Shown one piece after another: positions 1-9,120 of a stretch of DNA of 64,000 bases (position 1 is the first letter of the stretch; every line of letters starts with the position of its first letter). Below the pieces are notes generated by a model that had not been told where the DNA came from, did not search any database, and saw nothing but the letters and a program-made list of their open reading frames with translations. The stretch lies in assembly GCA_963780895.1 (NCBI GenBank), contig CAWAEG010000007.1, forward strand, positions 128,289-192,288. The letters run 5' to 3'. A program made the translations under genes and the position numbers. Source of the DNA: an uncultured Acidobacteriota bacterium (GTDB lineage: Bacteria > Acidobacteriota > Vicinamibacteria > Vicinamibacterales > SCN-69-37).

Positions 1-166
1 CGATGCGCATGATCTGCGACCGGTCGAAGCCCTCGGCCTTGATCCTGGCGTTCATCGCGGTGTCGATCTTTTCCGGTGGCAACGGCGCGCCTGCCTGCTG
101 CTGGGCGGCCGGCAGCGCGACCACGAACGCGAGCATCAGAAGCGGCGCGAACATCCTGCGGAACAT
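1..166 (-). CDS. secreted protein, N-terminal fragment (gene continues past the left edge); possibly M28-type peptidase
   Basis: It runs off the window, so it is absent from the ORF track. The reverse complement from CAT 164-166 reads MFRRMFAPLLMLAFVVALPAAQQQAGAPLPPEKIDTAMNARIKAEGFDRSQIMRI (signal peptide), with GGAG 6 nt upstream. The function guess rests only on resemblance to N-termini of M28-like peptidases. Confidence 0.55.
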   Translation of the reverse strand, partial: MFRRMFAPLLMLAFVVALPAAQQQAGAPLPPEKIDTAMNARIKAEGFDRSQIMRI

Positions 167-206
167 GGGAGACTCCTTGAAGCAGGTAGACTGCGCCGGA
201 TCATAC

Positions 207-479
207 ATGAGTCATGAACGGTGGATGTATCCCGACGAGCTCGGCGAAGCACTCCTGACGCTCGGCTTGCGACCACTGGAGTCGACGCCGCCCACCGTCG
301 TCCGCGACGCGCTGAACGATCTGTACCGCTTCGAGTTGCGGCGCATGCGCGATCGTCTGCGGTCCGGCGGCATGGAGAAGCCCGAGTACCTCGACCGCGT
401 CGTGGCGATTCGGAAGAAGTACTGGCCGCTCACGTTGCCGCTGCCGGCGTGGGAGAGAATTTGTCGCAGCGAGGCGTAA
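207..479 (+). CDS. hypothetical protein (90 aa)
   Basis: In-frame ATG at 207 inside track ORF 3..479. The upstream part of that ORF is antisense to the 1..166 gene. MSHERWMYPDELGEALL... has ordinary composition and no recognised motif. Confidence 0.4.
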   Translation: MSHERWMYPDELGEALLTLGLRPLESTPPTVVRDALNDLYRFELRRMRDRLRSGGMEKPEYLDRVVAIRKKYWPLTLPLPAWERICRSEA

Positions 480-482
480 GGT

Positions 483-540
483 GAAAGGCAAAAGGCAGAA
501 GGCAAAAGGCAAAAGGGGAAAGGCCGAGGGCGGAAGGGAT
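483..540. repeat. purine-rich imperfect tandem repeat (AAAAGGC/AGAAGGC units)
   Basis: The sequence gaaaggcaaaaggcagaaggcaaaaggcaaaaggggaaagg lies between two + strand genes and is strongly strand-asymmetric. Confidence 0.7.
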
Positions 541-567
541 TCGGGCTCATCAGGAGATGAGTAACAA

Positions 568-1395
568 GTGAGAGTTGCTCTCATTCAACAACACGCGAGT
601 GACGATCTTCGCGGTAACGTCCGGCGAGGACTCGAGGCGGCGCGCGCCGCGGCGGCGGAAGGCGCGCAGCTGGTCGGGTTCGCAGAGCTGGCGTTTTCGC
701 GCTTCTATCCGCAGCATCCGCCCGATCGCGATCCGCGTTCGTTGGCGGAGCCGGTACCGGGTCCGACGACGGACGCGTTTGCCGCGCTCGCGCGCGAGCT
801 GGAGATTGTCATCGTTCTCAATGTGTTCGAACGCGCAGGCGAGGCGACGTACGACTGCTCACCGGTGATCGATGCCGACGGCACGGTGCTCGGCAGGACG
901 CGCATGGTGCACATCACCGAATACCCCTGTTTTCACGAGCGGCAGTATTACGCTCCGGGCGATCTCGGCGCGCCCGTGTACGACACGCGCGTCGGCCGCG
1001 TGGGCGTTGCCATCTGCTACGACCGTCACTTTCCCGAATACATGCGCGCGCTTGCGCTGGGCGGCGCCGATCTCGTCGTCGTCCCGCAGGCCGGCGTGGT
1101 GGACGAGTGGCCGGACGGGTTTTTCGAGGCCGAGCTGTGCACGGCCGCGTTCCAGAACGGCTACTTCGTCGCGCTCTGTAATCGTGTGGGCCTCGAGGAC
1201 CGTCTGCATTTCGCGGGCGAGTCGTTCGTGTGCGGACCGGAAGGCGCCGTCCGCGCGCGAGCTCCGCGCGGTGAAGATCACATCCTCATCGCGGACGTCG
1301 ATCTCGCGGATGCCGCGCGATCACACGGGCGGCAAATCCTGATGAAGGACCGGCGGCCGGAGTTGTATGAGCGCTGGTTTGCGGTGAAAGACTGA
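568..1395 (+). CDS. carbon-nitrogen hydrolase (nitrilase superfamily) amidohydrolase
   Basis: 275 aa with the nitrilase-fold layout: Glu in GFAELAF and Cys in VAICYDRHFPE. The overall length is typical. Confidence 0.85.
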   Translation: MRVALIQQHASDDLRGNVRRGLEAARAAAAEGAQLVGFAELAFSRFYPQHPPDRDPRSLAEPVPGPTTDAFAALARELEIVIVLNVFERAGEATYDCSPVIDADGTVLGRTRMVHITEYPCFHERQYYAPGDLGAPVYDTRVGRVGVAICYDRHFPEYMRALALGGADLVVVPQAGVVDEWPDGFFEAELCTAAFQNGYFVALCNRVGLEDRLHFAGESFVCGPEGAVRARAPRGEDHILIADVDLADAARSHGRQILMKDRRPELYERWFAVKD

Positions 1396-1412
1396 GGTGT
1401 TGCCCGTCGACG

Positions 1413-2219
1413 TTACGGACCGATGGTGGACGCCGCCTCGATGCGTCCCGACTTGTCGTTCTGCACGAACACGACGACGCGCACGTTCGGACGATTCCAC
1501 GCTGACGCGATCGGCACGGGCACCACACCTTCGAATCCGCCGTCTTTGTCGGTCTTGCCGATCTGAATCAGCCGTCGCGCGACCGCCGCATGGTCGAGCA
1601 TCCGGCCCGAGTTCTCGCCGCGTTTGACCGACGTGCGGAGCCCGTCTTCGGTGACCGCGAGAAACACAGTCGCGTTGGCGGTTCGCGGTGACCGGTCCAC
1701 AGCCACCGAGAGTCGAGACACGTCGGCCGACCACTCGAGCGTGACGGGTCGTTTCTCGCGGCCCGCCGCGCGGCGAATGGCGTCGAGCACTGCGGGCCGG
1801 TCGTGGCCGATGACGAGATCGACGCCGTCGACGATGATCTGCGGCGTGTAGATGTCGTTGGCGCCCGCCAGCTTCGCGTATGCCGACTGGCGCTGGGTGA
1901 AGAGCCGGTCCGAAAATGGATCCTTCCAGCCCTGGCGATCCCAGTAGTCCACGTGCTCACTGAGACCGATGACGGTCGCGCCCTTCACCGGCTGCTCGCG
2001 AATGAGCTCGATCAACAACGTGTCGGCCGGCGGACAGCTCGAACAGCCTTCGGACGTGAACAGCTCGACGATGACCGGTATCGAGCTTTGGGCCGAGCGT
2101 CTATTGGCGCTCGTCCCCGTCGCGGACGTCGACGGTAGCCCCCCGCCGAGACCCACGAGACCGATGATGGCCGCAGCCCTGATCCACATCGTTGTTGACC
2201 GCCGGACGCCGGTGTTCAT
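1413..2219 (-). CDS. DUF1223 thioredoxin-like secreted protein
   Basis: Carries the hallmark VELFTSEGCSSCPPAD motif after a signal peptide. Its ATG overlaps the stop of the upstream ATP-grasp gene (ATGA at 2216-2219). Confidence 0.85.
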   Translation of the reverse strand: MNTGVRRSTTMWIRAAAIIGLVGLGGGLPSTSATGTSANRRSAQSSIPVIVELFTSEGCSSCPPADTLLIELIREQPVKGATVIGLSEHVDYWDRQGWKDPFSDRLFTQRQSAYAKLAGANDIYTPQIIVDGVDLVIGHDRPAVLDAIRRAAGREKRPVTLEWSADVSRLSVAVDRSPRTANATVFLAVTEDGLRTSVKRGENSGRMLDHAAVARRLIQIGKTDKDGGFEGVVPVPIASAWNRPNVRVVVFVQNDKSGRIEAASTIGP

Positions 2220-3241
2220 CCCAGTCTATCCGGCTCCCATCGGATTCCCGTGGTCAGAATGCGTTGCAGCAGGGCGGGATACGGAATCCCGGCCTTGGCC
2301 GCCGATTCCGCAAAGTCTTCAATTCTCGCGATTTGCGGATTCGGGTTCGCCTCGAGGACGTAGACCCGCCCGGTCTCGTCCAGCCTGAGATCGATGCGGG
2401 CGTATCCGCTGAGTTCAAGAATCTTGTACACGCGTCGCGAGATGTGCTGGATTTTTTCGGGCAGCCCTTCCGGCAGGCCCTTCGCCAGGCCCGTATCGAT
2501 GCCCATCTTCTTCTGATACTTCGAACTCCACTTCACGCGTTCGGTCGCGATCCGATGCTGGGTGTCGGGCATGTTCGCGAACGTCATCTCCCAGACAGGC
2601 AGGATCTGCACGCGCTGGTTGCCGATGATGCCGCAGTAGAGCTCGCGGCCGTCGACGAACTGCTCGATGATCGCGTCGGTGCGGATCGAGTCGTGGATGA
2701 ACTGCACGCGCTCACGGAGCTTCGCGTCGTCCGGCACGACGGACGCCTGCGCGATGCCGATCGACGACTCCTGGGTGAGCGGCTTGACGATGAGCGGGAA
2801 CGTCAGACGCTTGGGCAGCTTCGGTTTCCGGCCGCGCGCGACGACCGTGAACTCGGGCAGCGGGACGCGGTGATAGTGCAGGAGCTTCTTCGAGAGCGCC
2901 TTGTCGCGCGCGAGCAGCATGCCGCGCGGGTTGCAGCCCGTATACGAGAGTCTGATGAGCTCGAGATAGCTGACGACGTTCTGATCGAAGGTCCCGATTT
3001 CGTGGAACGCTTCGAGCATGTTGAACGCAATGTGCGGCTTGAGCTCTTCGTTGGCCTGCCGGATGCCCGCGAGATCGTCCTTGATGCCGAGCGGATGCAC
3101 CTCGTGACCGAGCTCGTCACGCAGCGTGCGCAACACGTCGTATTCGGTTCGCCAGGACGCGGTCTCGAGATCGTGGCCGGTGACGTCGGCCGGCGGGACT
3201 TGATAGTCGTGCATCAAGACGAGCACGCGCAGCTTGCGCAT
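2216..3241 (-). CDS. ATP-grasp enzyme, D-alanine--D-alanine ligase-like
   Basis: 341 aa. The N-terminus LRVLVLMHDYQVPP and the ATP-grasp core (PLIVKPLTQESSIGI, YVLEANPNP) are typical of the Ddl-like family. Confidence 0.8.
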   Translation of the reverse strand: MRKLRVLVLMHDYQVPPADVTGHDLETASWRTEYDVLRTLRDELGHEVHPLGIKDDLAGIRQANEELKPHIAFNMLEAFHEIGTFDQNVVSYLELIRLSYTGCNPRGMLLARDKALSKKLLHYHRVPLPEFTVVARGRKPKLPKRLTFPLIVKPLTQESSIGIAQASVVPDDAKLRERVQFIHDSIRTDAIIEQFVDGRELYCGIIGNQRVQILPVWEMTFANMPDTQHRIATERVKWSSKYQKKMGIDTGLAKGLPEGLPEKIQHISRRVYKILELSGYARIDLRLDETGRVYVLEANPNPQIARIEDFAESAAKAGIPYPALLQRILTTGIRWEPDRLG

Positions 3242-3265
3242 CGGGGCGCGATCATACCGCAGTGC

Positions 3266-4141
3266 TTATCGGTACGGATCGCGCGGCGGCACGAATCGCG
3301 ACGCGTGCGCGGACGCCGCCGGAAGAATCTCGCGCAGGTACCAGCCGATGCCGCGCTCGTGCCGCCAGTCGCGCGGATAGCCGAGCGAGACTTCTTCATA
3401 GCGCACGCCGTGCCGCCAGAGCGTCGTCCGCAGGTGCAGATGACCGGAGACGACGGCGCGCGCGCGGAAGCGGCGCGGCCAGTCCTCCGTGCGCCGCGTG
3501 CCGCACCAGATGGAGAAGCGCGGCACGCGTGGCGCCCGGGCGAGATCGTAGCGAAGCGGCCAGTGATTGATGAGCACGGTCTCGGCAGTGGGCGGCAGCG
3601 CGTCGAGGCGGGCCTCGGTGGTCTCGCATCGCGCGTGACACCACGCGGCGCGTGACGGCCACGGCGACGGGTCGAGCATCTGCTCGTCGGTGCTCACGAC
3701 GGCGCTCGCGCGCGCCCACGCGACCGCGTCCTGTTCAGCCACCTCAGGAGGCCGGAAGCTGTAGTCGAAGAGCAGGAACATCGGGACCACGACGACCGAC
3801 GGCTCGGGCGGCCAGACGACATACGGATCTTCGGGCGTGAGCACGCCGAACTGACGACAGATCGCGACGAGCTCGTCGTAGCGGGCCTGTCCGCGCGTCC
3901 GGTCGGGTGCGTCACGCGGACACCAGAGATCGTGATTCCCCGGCGTCCAGACCACCCGCGCGAATCGGGGAACCAGCGCCTGAAGCGCGATCACGAGATG
4001 TTCGGGCCGTTCGCCGACGTCGCCCGCGATCGCGAGCCAGTCGTGCGGGTATTCGCCGAGATGCGCGAGGGCCTCGCGGTTGGCTTTGTGGGCCAGGTGG
4101 AGATCGCTTGTCGCGAGCAGGCGCGGGGATGACAGGCTCAT
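3266..4141 (-). CDS. metallophosphoesterase
   Basis: The start is moved to the ATG at 4141 (MSLSSPRLLATSDLHLAH...). Motifs are SDLHL, IAGDVGE, TPGNHDLW and VSGHLH. The longer track ORF (to 4501) reads through an intergenic repeat. Confidence 0.85.
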   Translation of the reverse strand: MSLSSPRLLATSDLHLAHKANREALAHLGEYPHDWLAIAGDVGERPEHLVIALQALVPRFARVVWTPGNHDLWCPRDAPDRTRGQARYDELVAICRQFGVLTPEDPYVVWPPEPSVVVVPMFLLFDYSFRPPEVAEQDAVAWARASAVVSTDEQMLDPSPWPSRAAWCHARCETTEARLDALPPTAETVLINHWPLRYDLARAPRVPRFSIWCGTRRTEDWPRRFRARAVVSGHLHLRTTLWRHGVRYEEVSLGYPRDWRHERGIGWYLREILPAASAHASRFVPPRDPYR

Positions 4142-4227
4142 GTCAGGAGTGCTCGATGGGCGCGCTGGCGAAGGGGGTGCTCGGCAAGAGCTTGCTGGCC
4201 GCGTCTGGTGCGGTGCGAGGAGATTTC

Positions 4228-4572
4228 TGGCCGCGTCTGGTGACGTGCCAAGAGCGATGAACCACGAAGGACACGAAGGACACGAAGACGGCGCTGACCT
4301 GGCGGCCGCCTGCGGCGGCGTGGCGATCTGTGAGCGGCAGCGACCGACAAGACGCAGACCTCGGGTTTCGTTTTGGAGACCGAGAGCGAAAACGAAACCC
4401 GAGGTCTTAGATCCCGTCTTGTCGGGTCGCTGCCGCTCACAGATCACGCCCGGCGAAGCCGGGCTCGCCAGGTCAGCGGGTGTCTCAAATCCTTCTTCCA
4501 CTTGTCGGGTTTTCCTTCGTGGCCTTCGTGAGCTTCGTGGTCAACTTGACACGTCACCAGACGCGGCCAGCG
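4228..4572. repeat. long structured palindromic intergenic element, family A copy 1 (CACGAAGG tandem heptamer/octamer arms)
   Basis: Nested inverted repeats: ctggccgcgtctggtgacgtg (4228-) pairs with cacgtcaccagacgcggccag (-4572). accacgaaggacacgaaggacacgaag (4261-) pairs with cttcgtggccttcgtgagcttcgtggt (-4541). The inner stem 4326-4353 pairs with 4416-4444, and the central hairpin is about 4357-4406. A second copy in opposite orientation lies at 49655-49925. Confidence 0.85.
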
Positions 4573-5299
4573 AACCTGCTGCGTACGGCTGGATCCTGAT
4601 GTCCGGGACCACGCCATCGACGGTTGATGCCGCGATCGCGACGAGGTGCCGATGTGTGGGCTGCGACAACTGAAACGTCCAGTCGGTTGACGCGGCCGCC
4701 AGCGACCCGAGAAACGTGATCCGCACGTGGGGATCGAGATCGAAGCTGATTTCCCGAAGCGGCAACGAGATGCCGAGGCCACGCGCCTTCAGATACGCCT
4801 CCTTGAGCGTCCAGTACCGCAGGAAGCGATCGCGCCAGTTCGACCCGTGCGCATCGATGTCGGCGGCCTCTGCGGGCGCACAATACCGCTGAATCAGTCC
4901 TGGATCGATCGGCGGCCGATCGAGGTCTTCGACATCGACGCCCACTTCGCGGCCGGTGCTGAGCGCGCAGACGACCAGGCCCGCGCTATGGGCCAGGTTG
5001 AAATGGACGGCGGTCGGCGGGTTCGCGATTTCCGGCCGCCCATGTACGCCTTCGCGCCATTGCCAGTCAGCGGGTGCGACGCCGAGCGCCCGTCCGACCA
5101 GCTCGCGCGACATCACGCGGCCGAGGAGGAACATCCGGCGATCGCGATCGGCATGAAACCGCTCGAAGCGGTCCTGCTCCGCGCCCGAGAGCAACGCACG
5201 CGCGCGCGCGATCGCGTCCGGGCTCGTGAGGACATCGTCCACGTGCGCATGCCAGGCGCGCACGTCGTCACGGCCCGGATGTGACGCCGGTTCCGGCAT
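4541..5299 (-). CDS. 4'-phosphopantetheinyl transferase (Sfp-type)
   Basis: 252 aa. DRFERFHADRDRRMFLLGR, VGVDVE and WTLKEAYLKARGLG are PPTase superfamily motifs. The last ~10 codons lie inside the outer arm of repeat A1. Confidence 0.85.
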   Translation of the reverse strand: MPEPASHPGRDDVRAWHAHVDDVLTSPDAIARARALLSGAEQDRFERFHADRDRRMFLLGRVMSRELVGRALGVAPADWQWREGVHGRPEIANPPTAVHFNLAHSAGLVVCALSTGREVGVDVEDLDRPPIDPGLIQRYCAPAEAADIDAHGSNWRDRFLRYWTLKEAYLKARGLGISLPLREISFDLDPHVRITFLGSLAAASTDWTFQLSQPTHRHLVAIAASTVDGVVPDIRIQPYAAGSLAASGDVSS

Positions 5300-5320
5300 T
5301 GCGATAGTATGGCCCGGCTC

Positions 5321-5419
5321 GAGCCGTTCTTACTTTCCTGCACCGAGCGACGCGACCGAATTCGGCCGACTGTCTGGCGATGCATGCAGGTGATGTCGAC
5401 GCGGAAGTGAGAACGGCTC
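5321..5419. repeat. ~100-nt inverted-repeat element, copy 1 (arms gagccgttcttactttcc / ggaagtgagaacggctc)
   Basis: 17-18 nt arms at 5321-5338 and 5403-5419 enclose a 64-nt spacer. A colinear second copy at 34721-34821 shares spacer motifs (cgagc, aattc, gccga, gtct, gcga). Confidence 0.7.
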
Positions 5420-5444
5420 TCGCCGCACGCCACGTTCCTGCCCA

Positions 5445-6308
5445 ATGTCCATCGCGTGTCTCTTTCCCGGTCAAGGCTCACAGTCGAAGGGCATGGGACG
5501 CGATCTGTTCGACCAGTTCGACGACTGGACACGAGAGGCTGACGCGATCCTCGGTTACTCGATCCGGGATCTCTGCGTCGAGGACGCGGAGGGCAGACTC
5601 GGACGAACCGAGTTCACACAGCCCGCGCTGTTCGTCGTCAATGCGATGACGTATCGCGCGCGTCAGGAGAGCGGCCGGCCGGCGCCGGCGTTCGTGGCCG
5701 GTCACAGCCTCGGGGAATACAACGCGCTTCTCGCCGCCCGGGTCTTCGACTTCGCAACGGGCCTGAAGCTCGTGCAGGAACGCGGCCGGCTGATGGAAGA
5801 GGTGCACGGAGCCGGGATGAGCGCCGTGATCGGTCTCGACCCGCCGACGATTCAGGCGGTCCTCGAGGCGAGTCTGGCCGGGCGTCTTCTCGACGTCGCG
5901 AACTTCAATTCCTTCGAGCAGACGGTCATTGCCGGGCCGAAGCCGGAACTGGCGGAGATCAAGGCGGCGCTTCAGGAAGCCGGCGCGCGGACCGTGATTC
6001 CTCTGAACGTGAGCGCCCCGTTTCACTCTCGCTATATGCGTCCGGTGCAACTGGCGTTCGAGACGTTTCTGACGCCGTTCAGTTTTCGAACGCCGGAGAT
6101 GCCGGTCGTCGCGAACCTGACGGCGGCGCCCTACGTTCCCGGCACGATTCCAGAAACGCTGGCCGGACAGATCGCCAGCTCGGTTCGCTGGCTCGACTCG
6201 ATCCTGTACCTCTTGCGCGAAGGCGTGGACGAGTTCGAAGAAGTGGGACCGGGCACAGTCCTCACCAAACTCGCCGCCCAGATCCGGAAGCGCGCTAGCG
6301 CCCCTTAA
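5445..6308 (+). CDS. fabD: malonyl-CoA:ACP transacylase
   Basis: 287 aa with FPGQGSQSKGMG and the GHSLGEYNAL active-site motif. Confidence 0.9.
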   Translation: MSIACLFPGQGSQSKGMGRDLFDQFDDWTREADAILGYSIRDLCVEDAEGRLGRTEFTQPALFVVNAMTYRARQESGRPAPAFVAGHSLGEYNALLAARVFDFATGLKLVQERGRLMEEVHGAGMSAVIGLDPPTIQAVLEASLAGRLLDVANFNSFEQTVIAGPKPELAEIKAALQEAGARTVIPLNVSAPFHSRYMRPVQLAFETFLTPFSFRTPEMPVVANLTAAPYVPGTIPETLAGQIASSVRWLDSILYLLREGVDEFEEVGPGTVLTKLAAQIRKRASAP

Positions 6309-7101
6309 TCGTGATCGATCCGTTCGTGGTCTCGAGCTTGATGGGCGGTCCGCCGCCGCCAATCGAGGCGTCGAGACTCCGCCGCGTTTGAGAGGGCCCC
6401 GTGAGCTGCAGATCGCTCGTGTGGATGTCACCGTTGGTCACTCGTGCCGAAATGCGCGCTCCGGTGTCGCGCGGCACCGTGACGCTGATGGTGCCGTTGG
6501 TGGTCTCGCAGGTCACGCCGGGTTCGCCGAGCTTCGCAAAATCCAGATTGATGACCCCGTTCGTCGTCTCGACCGTGGCACCGCCTTCGAGCGCCGAGCC
6601 GACGATGCGGCCGTTGGTGGTTGCGGCGCGCAAGGCGCCCTTGAGCCCCGTGACGTCGATGTCGCTGTTCGTCGCATCGAGCCTGACGTCCAGCCCACGC
6701 GGGACCCGGACTTCGAAATCCACGCGGCGATGAAGGCTGGAAATGAACCCCATCCCGCGGGACGTGGCGTCGATCGCCACGCTCTTCGGCAACACGCTTT
6801 CCGCGATTTCGAACCGCTTGAGCGCGTCCTTGGCCGACTCCTCCGTCCCGGCCTTGACGACGCGGTCCGCCTTCACCTCGACGGTGTCGCCGTCGACCGA
6901 GACGATGCGTATCTTGCCGTTCGTGTTCTTGAGCTCGAAAGAAGACCCGGGTGGGAGTGTGTACGTGCGCTTCCATTCGTCGCGGGCTTCGACGCCGGAG
7001 GAGAAATCGAGGTTGCAGGCGCCAGCGGCCAGGGCCAGGACGAGCGTGAGCAGGTGACCGGCGAGACTCCAGGGGCGTCGGCGGACGCGCACATCAGACA
7101 T
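6295..7101 (-). CDS. DUF4097-type beta-strand-repeat lipoprotein (putative adhesin)
   Basis: Lipobox LAAGAC. Repeated TNG-I/V-xx strands (KNTNGKIRI, TTNGRIVG, ETTNGVINL, ETTNGTISV, VTNGDIHT, ETTNGSITI). Confidence 0.8.
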   Translation of the reverse strand: MSDVRVRRRPWSLAGHLLTLVLALAAGACNLDFSSGVEARDEWKRTYTLPPGSSFELKNTNGKIRIVSVDGDTVEVKADRVVKAGTEESAKDALKRFEIAESVLPKSVAIDATSRGMGFISSLHRRVDFEVRVPRGLDVRLDATNSDIDVTGLKGALRAATTNGRIVGSALEGGATVETTNGVINLDFAKLGEPGVTCETTNGTISVTVPRDTGARISARVTNGDIHTSDLQLTGPSQTRRSLDASIGGGGPPIKLETTNGSITIKGR

Positions 7102-7200
7102 GGCGGGGCTCCTCCCATAATCATACGAGTCGCTCCTGCGCCGTGTTCGCTGTGGTACGATCCCGCCCCTTCAGAAGCGTTTGGCCCGGAGTTTTGATCC

Positions 7201-8232
7201 ATGCGAATCCGCGTGCGTACCGTATTTCTCGGCCTCGTCGTGGTTCTCATCGTGCTCGTGGCGGCCGCCATGACGTCGGTCGGGTGGGAAGTCGTGCTGG
7301 GGCCCAAATCGCGACCCGCGACGGACCGGAAGTTCGACGTGACGGACGCGCGCCTCGCGCGGGGGAAATACCTCGTTGAGGGGCCGGCGTCCTGTTTCCA
7401 CTGCCACAGCGACCACGACCTCAGCACGCCGACCTATCCGGTTGTCGAAGCGAAGAAGGGCGCGGGTTGGGTGATGCCGATCCCCGAGCTCAACAACATC
7501 GCCGCGCGCAACATCACGCCCGACCCGGAGACGGGCCTGGGCGCGTGGACCGACGACGAGATCGCACGGGCGATCCGCGAAGGCGTGAGAAAAGACGGCA
7601 CCGCGCTCTTTCCGGTGATGCCGTATCTGAGCTACGCGTCGATGGACGATGAGGACGTCGCATCGGTCGTCGTGTACCTGCGGACGATTCCCGCCGTTCG
7701 CAACACGGTGCCTCCCCGGCAGCTCCCGTTTCCCCTCGAGCACATCGTCAAGACGATCCCGAAGCCGATCGCGCAGCCGCAACCGTCACATCCGTCGGCG
7801 ACGCCGGAAGATCGCGGGAAGTACCTTGTGGCCCTCGCGGAATGCCAGAGCTGCCACACACCGACCGAGCAGGGGATCCCGCTTCCGGGTCTGGAATTCG
7901 GCGGCGGCGCGAAGTTCAACGATCCCGGCAACAACGGCCGGCCGGTCTTCAGCATGAACGTCACGCAGGATCCGTCCGGGCTCACCCACTACGACGAATC
8001 GCTGTTCATCGAAGTGATCCGCTCGGGCACGATCAAGGGGCGGACGCTGAGCCACATCATGCCGTTCAACGACCTCCGGAACATGACCGACGACGATCTT
8101 CGGGACATCTGGGCGTACATCAAGTCGCGGCCGCCCGTGAAGCATCGCATCAGCAATGCCGAGCCGCCAACGCAGTGCCCGCTCTGCAACCAACTACACG
8201 GGTTCGGGGATCTGAATGTGAAGAAGGGCTGA
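7201..8232 (+). CDS. membrane-anchored dihaem c-type cytochrome
   Basis: N-terminal TM helix and two CXXCH motifs (CFHCH, CQSCH). Confidence 0.85.
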   Translation: MRIRVRTVFLGLVVVLIVLVAAAMTSVGWEVVLGPKSRPATDRKFDVTDARLARGKYLVEGPASCFHCHSDHDLSTPTYPVVEAKKGAGWVMPIPELNNIAARNITPDPETGLGAWTDDEIARAIREGVRKDGTALFPVMPYLSYASMDDEDVASVVVYLRTIPAVRNTVPPRQLPFPLEHIVKTIPKPIAQPQPSHPSATPEDRGKYLVALAECQSCHTPTEQGIPLPGLEFGGGAKFNDPGNNGRPVFSMNVTQDPSGLTHYDESLFIEVIRSGTIKGRTLSHIMPFNDLRNMTDDDLRDIWAYIKSRPPVKHRISNAEPPTQCPLCNQLHGFGDLNVKKG

Positions 8233-8290
8233 GGAAGAGGCCCAGAGGCTCGAGGGCGTACAAAAGAAAAGGGGGATACTGGACGAGACG

Positions 8291-9001
8291 ATGTCCAATC
8301 TTCACGATCCAGTACTCCCAGGGACGGCCAGGACCGACTACGAGCGGTATCTGCGGACGGATGAGCTCCTTGCGCTGCAGAAGGATCCCGGCACGGCCGC
8401 GCATCGCGATGAAATTCTCTTTCAGGTCATCCATCAATCCTCGGAGCTGTGGCTGAAGCTCGCCTGTTTCGAGGTCGAGACGGCCATCGGCTTGATCGAT
8501 GGCGACGAACTCTGGAGCGCGGTGCGGTTGCTGCGACGCGCATCGGACGCGCTGGATCTCGTGCAGGCCAACACCCGGATGCTCGAGCACCTGGCGCCAT
8601 GGGATTACCACGGCGTCCGTCCGTCCCTCGGTCACGGGAGCGGGTTCGACTCGCCGGGGTTTCGTCGCACGCACGAGCTGTCGCCCAAGCTCGGCGAAGC
8701 CTTCGACCGCCTGCTCGTCCGGCGCCGCGTGAGCCTCGCGGACCTGTACAAGAAGTCACACGAACATGAGGACCTGTTCCAGACGGCCGAGCGGCTGGTG
8801 GACTGGGACCAGCGGCTCGTGCTCTGGCGCGACCTGCACCTCAAGCTCGTCGAGCGCATCATCGGAGGCCAGGTGATCGGCACGCAGGGGACGCCGGTCG
8901 AGGTCCTGGGCCGGCGGATCGACGTCCGGTATTTCGAGCCGCTCTGGAACGTCAGAAATGCGCTGACGGACGAGGCGCAAACGAGTCCCGAGGCCGGGTG
9001 A
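8291..9001 (+). CDS. kynA: tryptophan 2,3-dioxygenase
   Basis: 236 aa. YERYLRTDELLALQK, EILFQVIHQSSELWLK and GSGFDSPGFR are characteristic of TDO. Confidence 0.8.
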   Translation: MSNLHDPVLPGTARTDYERYLRTDELLALQKDPGTAAHRDEILFQVIHQSSELWLKLACFEVETAIGLIDGDELWSAVRLLRRASDALDLVQANTRMLEHLAPWDYHGVRPSLGHGSGFDSPGFRRTHELSPKLGEAFDRLLVRRRVSLADLYKKSHEHEDLFQTAERLVDWDQRLVLWRDLHLKLVERIIGGQVIGTQGTPVEVLGRRIDVRYFEPLWNVRNALTDEAQTSPEAG

Positions 9002-9120
9002 GCGAGCCGGCTCCGGCCCTTCGAGGCCCAGCCGGAAGCGTTCCCGCGTCGACGCGATCAGACGTGTGACCTTCCCTGTCATGGCCAGCGCGTACCGTGT
9101 CGATAAGACGGGAGGCGCTC

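Noticed and set aside
3-479. Single 158-aa ORF as given in the track
   Set aside because: Its first 55 codons are antisense to a much better signal-peptide-bearing gene start (1..166, minus). It is therefore split into that gene and a shorter + ORF from ATG 207.
2192-3655. 487-aa + strand ORF
   Set aside because: It lies antisense to the well-supported ATP-grasp and phosphoesterase genes. Its composition is R/D/L/H/A-rich with no motif. This is a typical mirror ORF of GC-rich DNA.
4142-4501. N-terminal 120-aa extension of the phosphoesterase ORF (and the ORFs 4080..4673, 4138..4440, 4444..4782)
   Set aside because: They translate the family A palindromic repeat (HEGHEGHE-type strings appear in both orientations and at the second copy). 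The conserved phosphoesterase sequence starts at the ATG at 4141.
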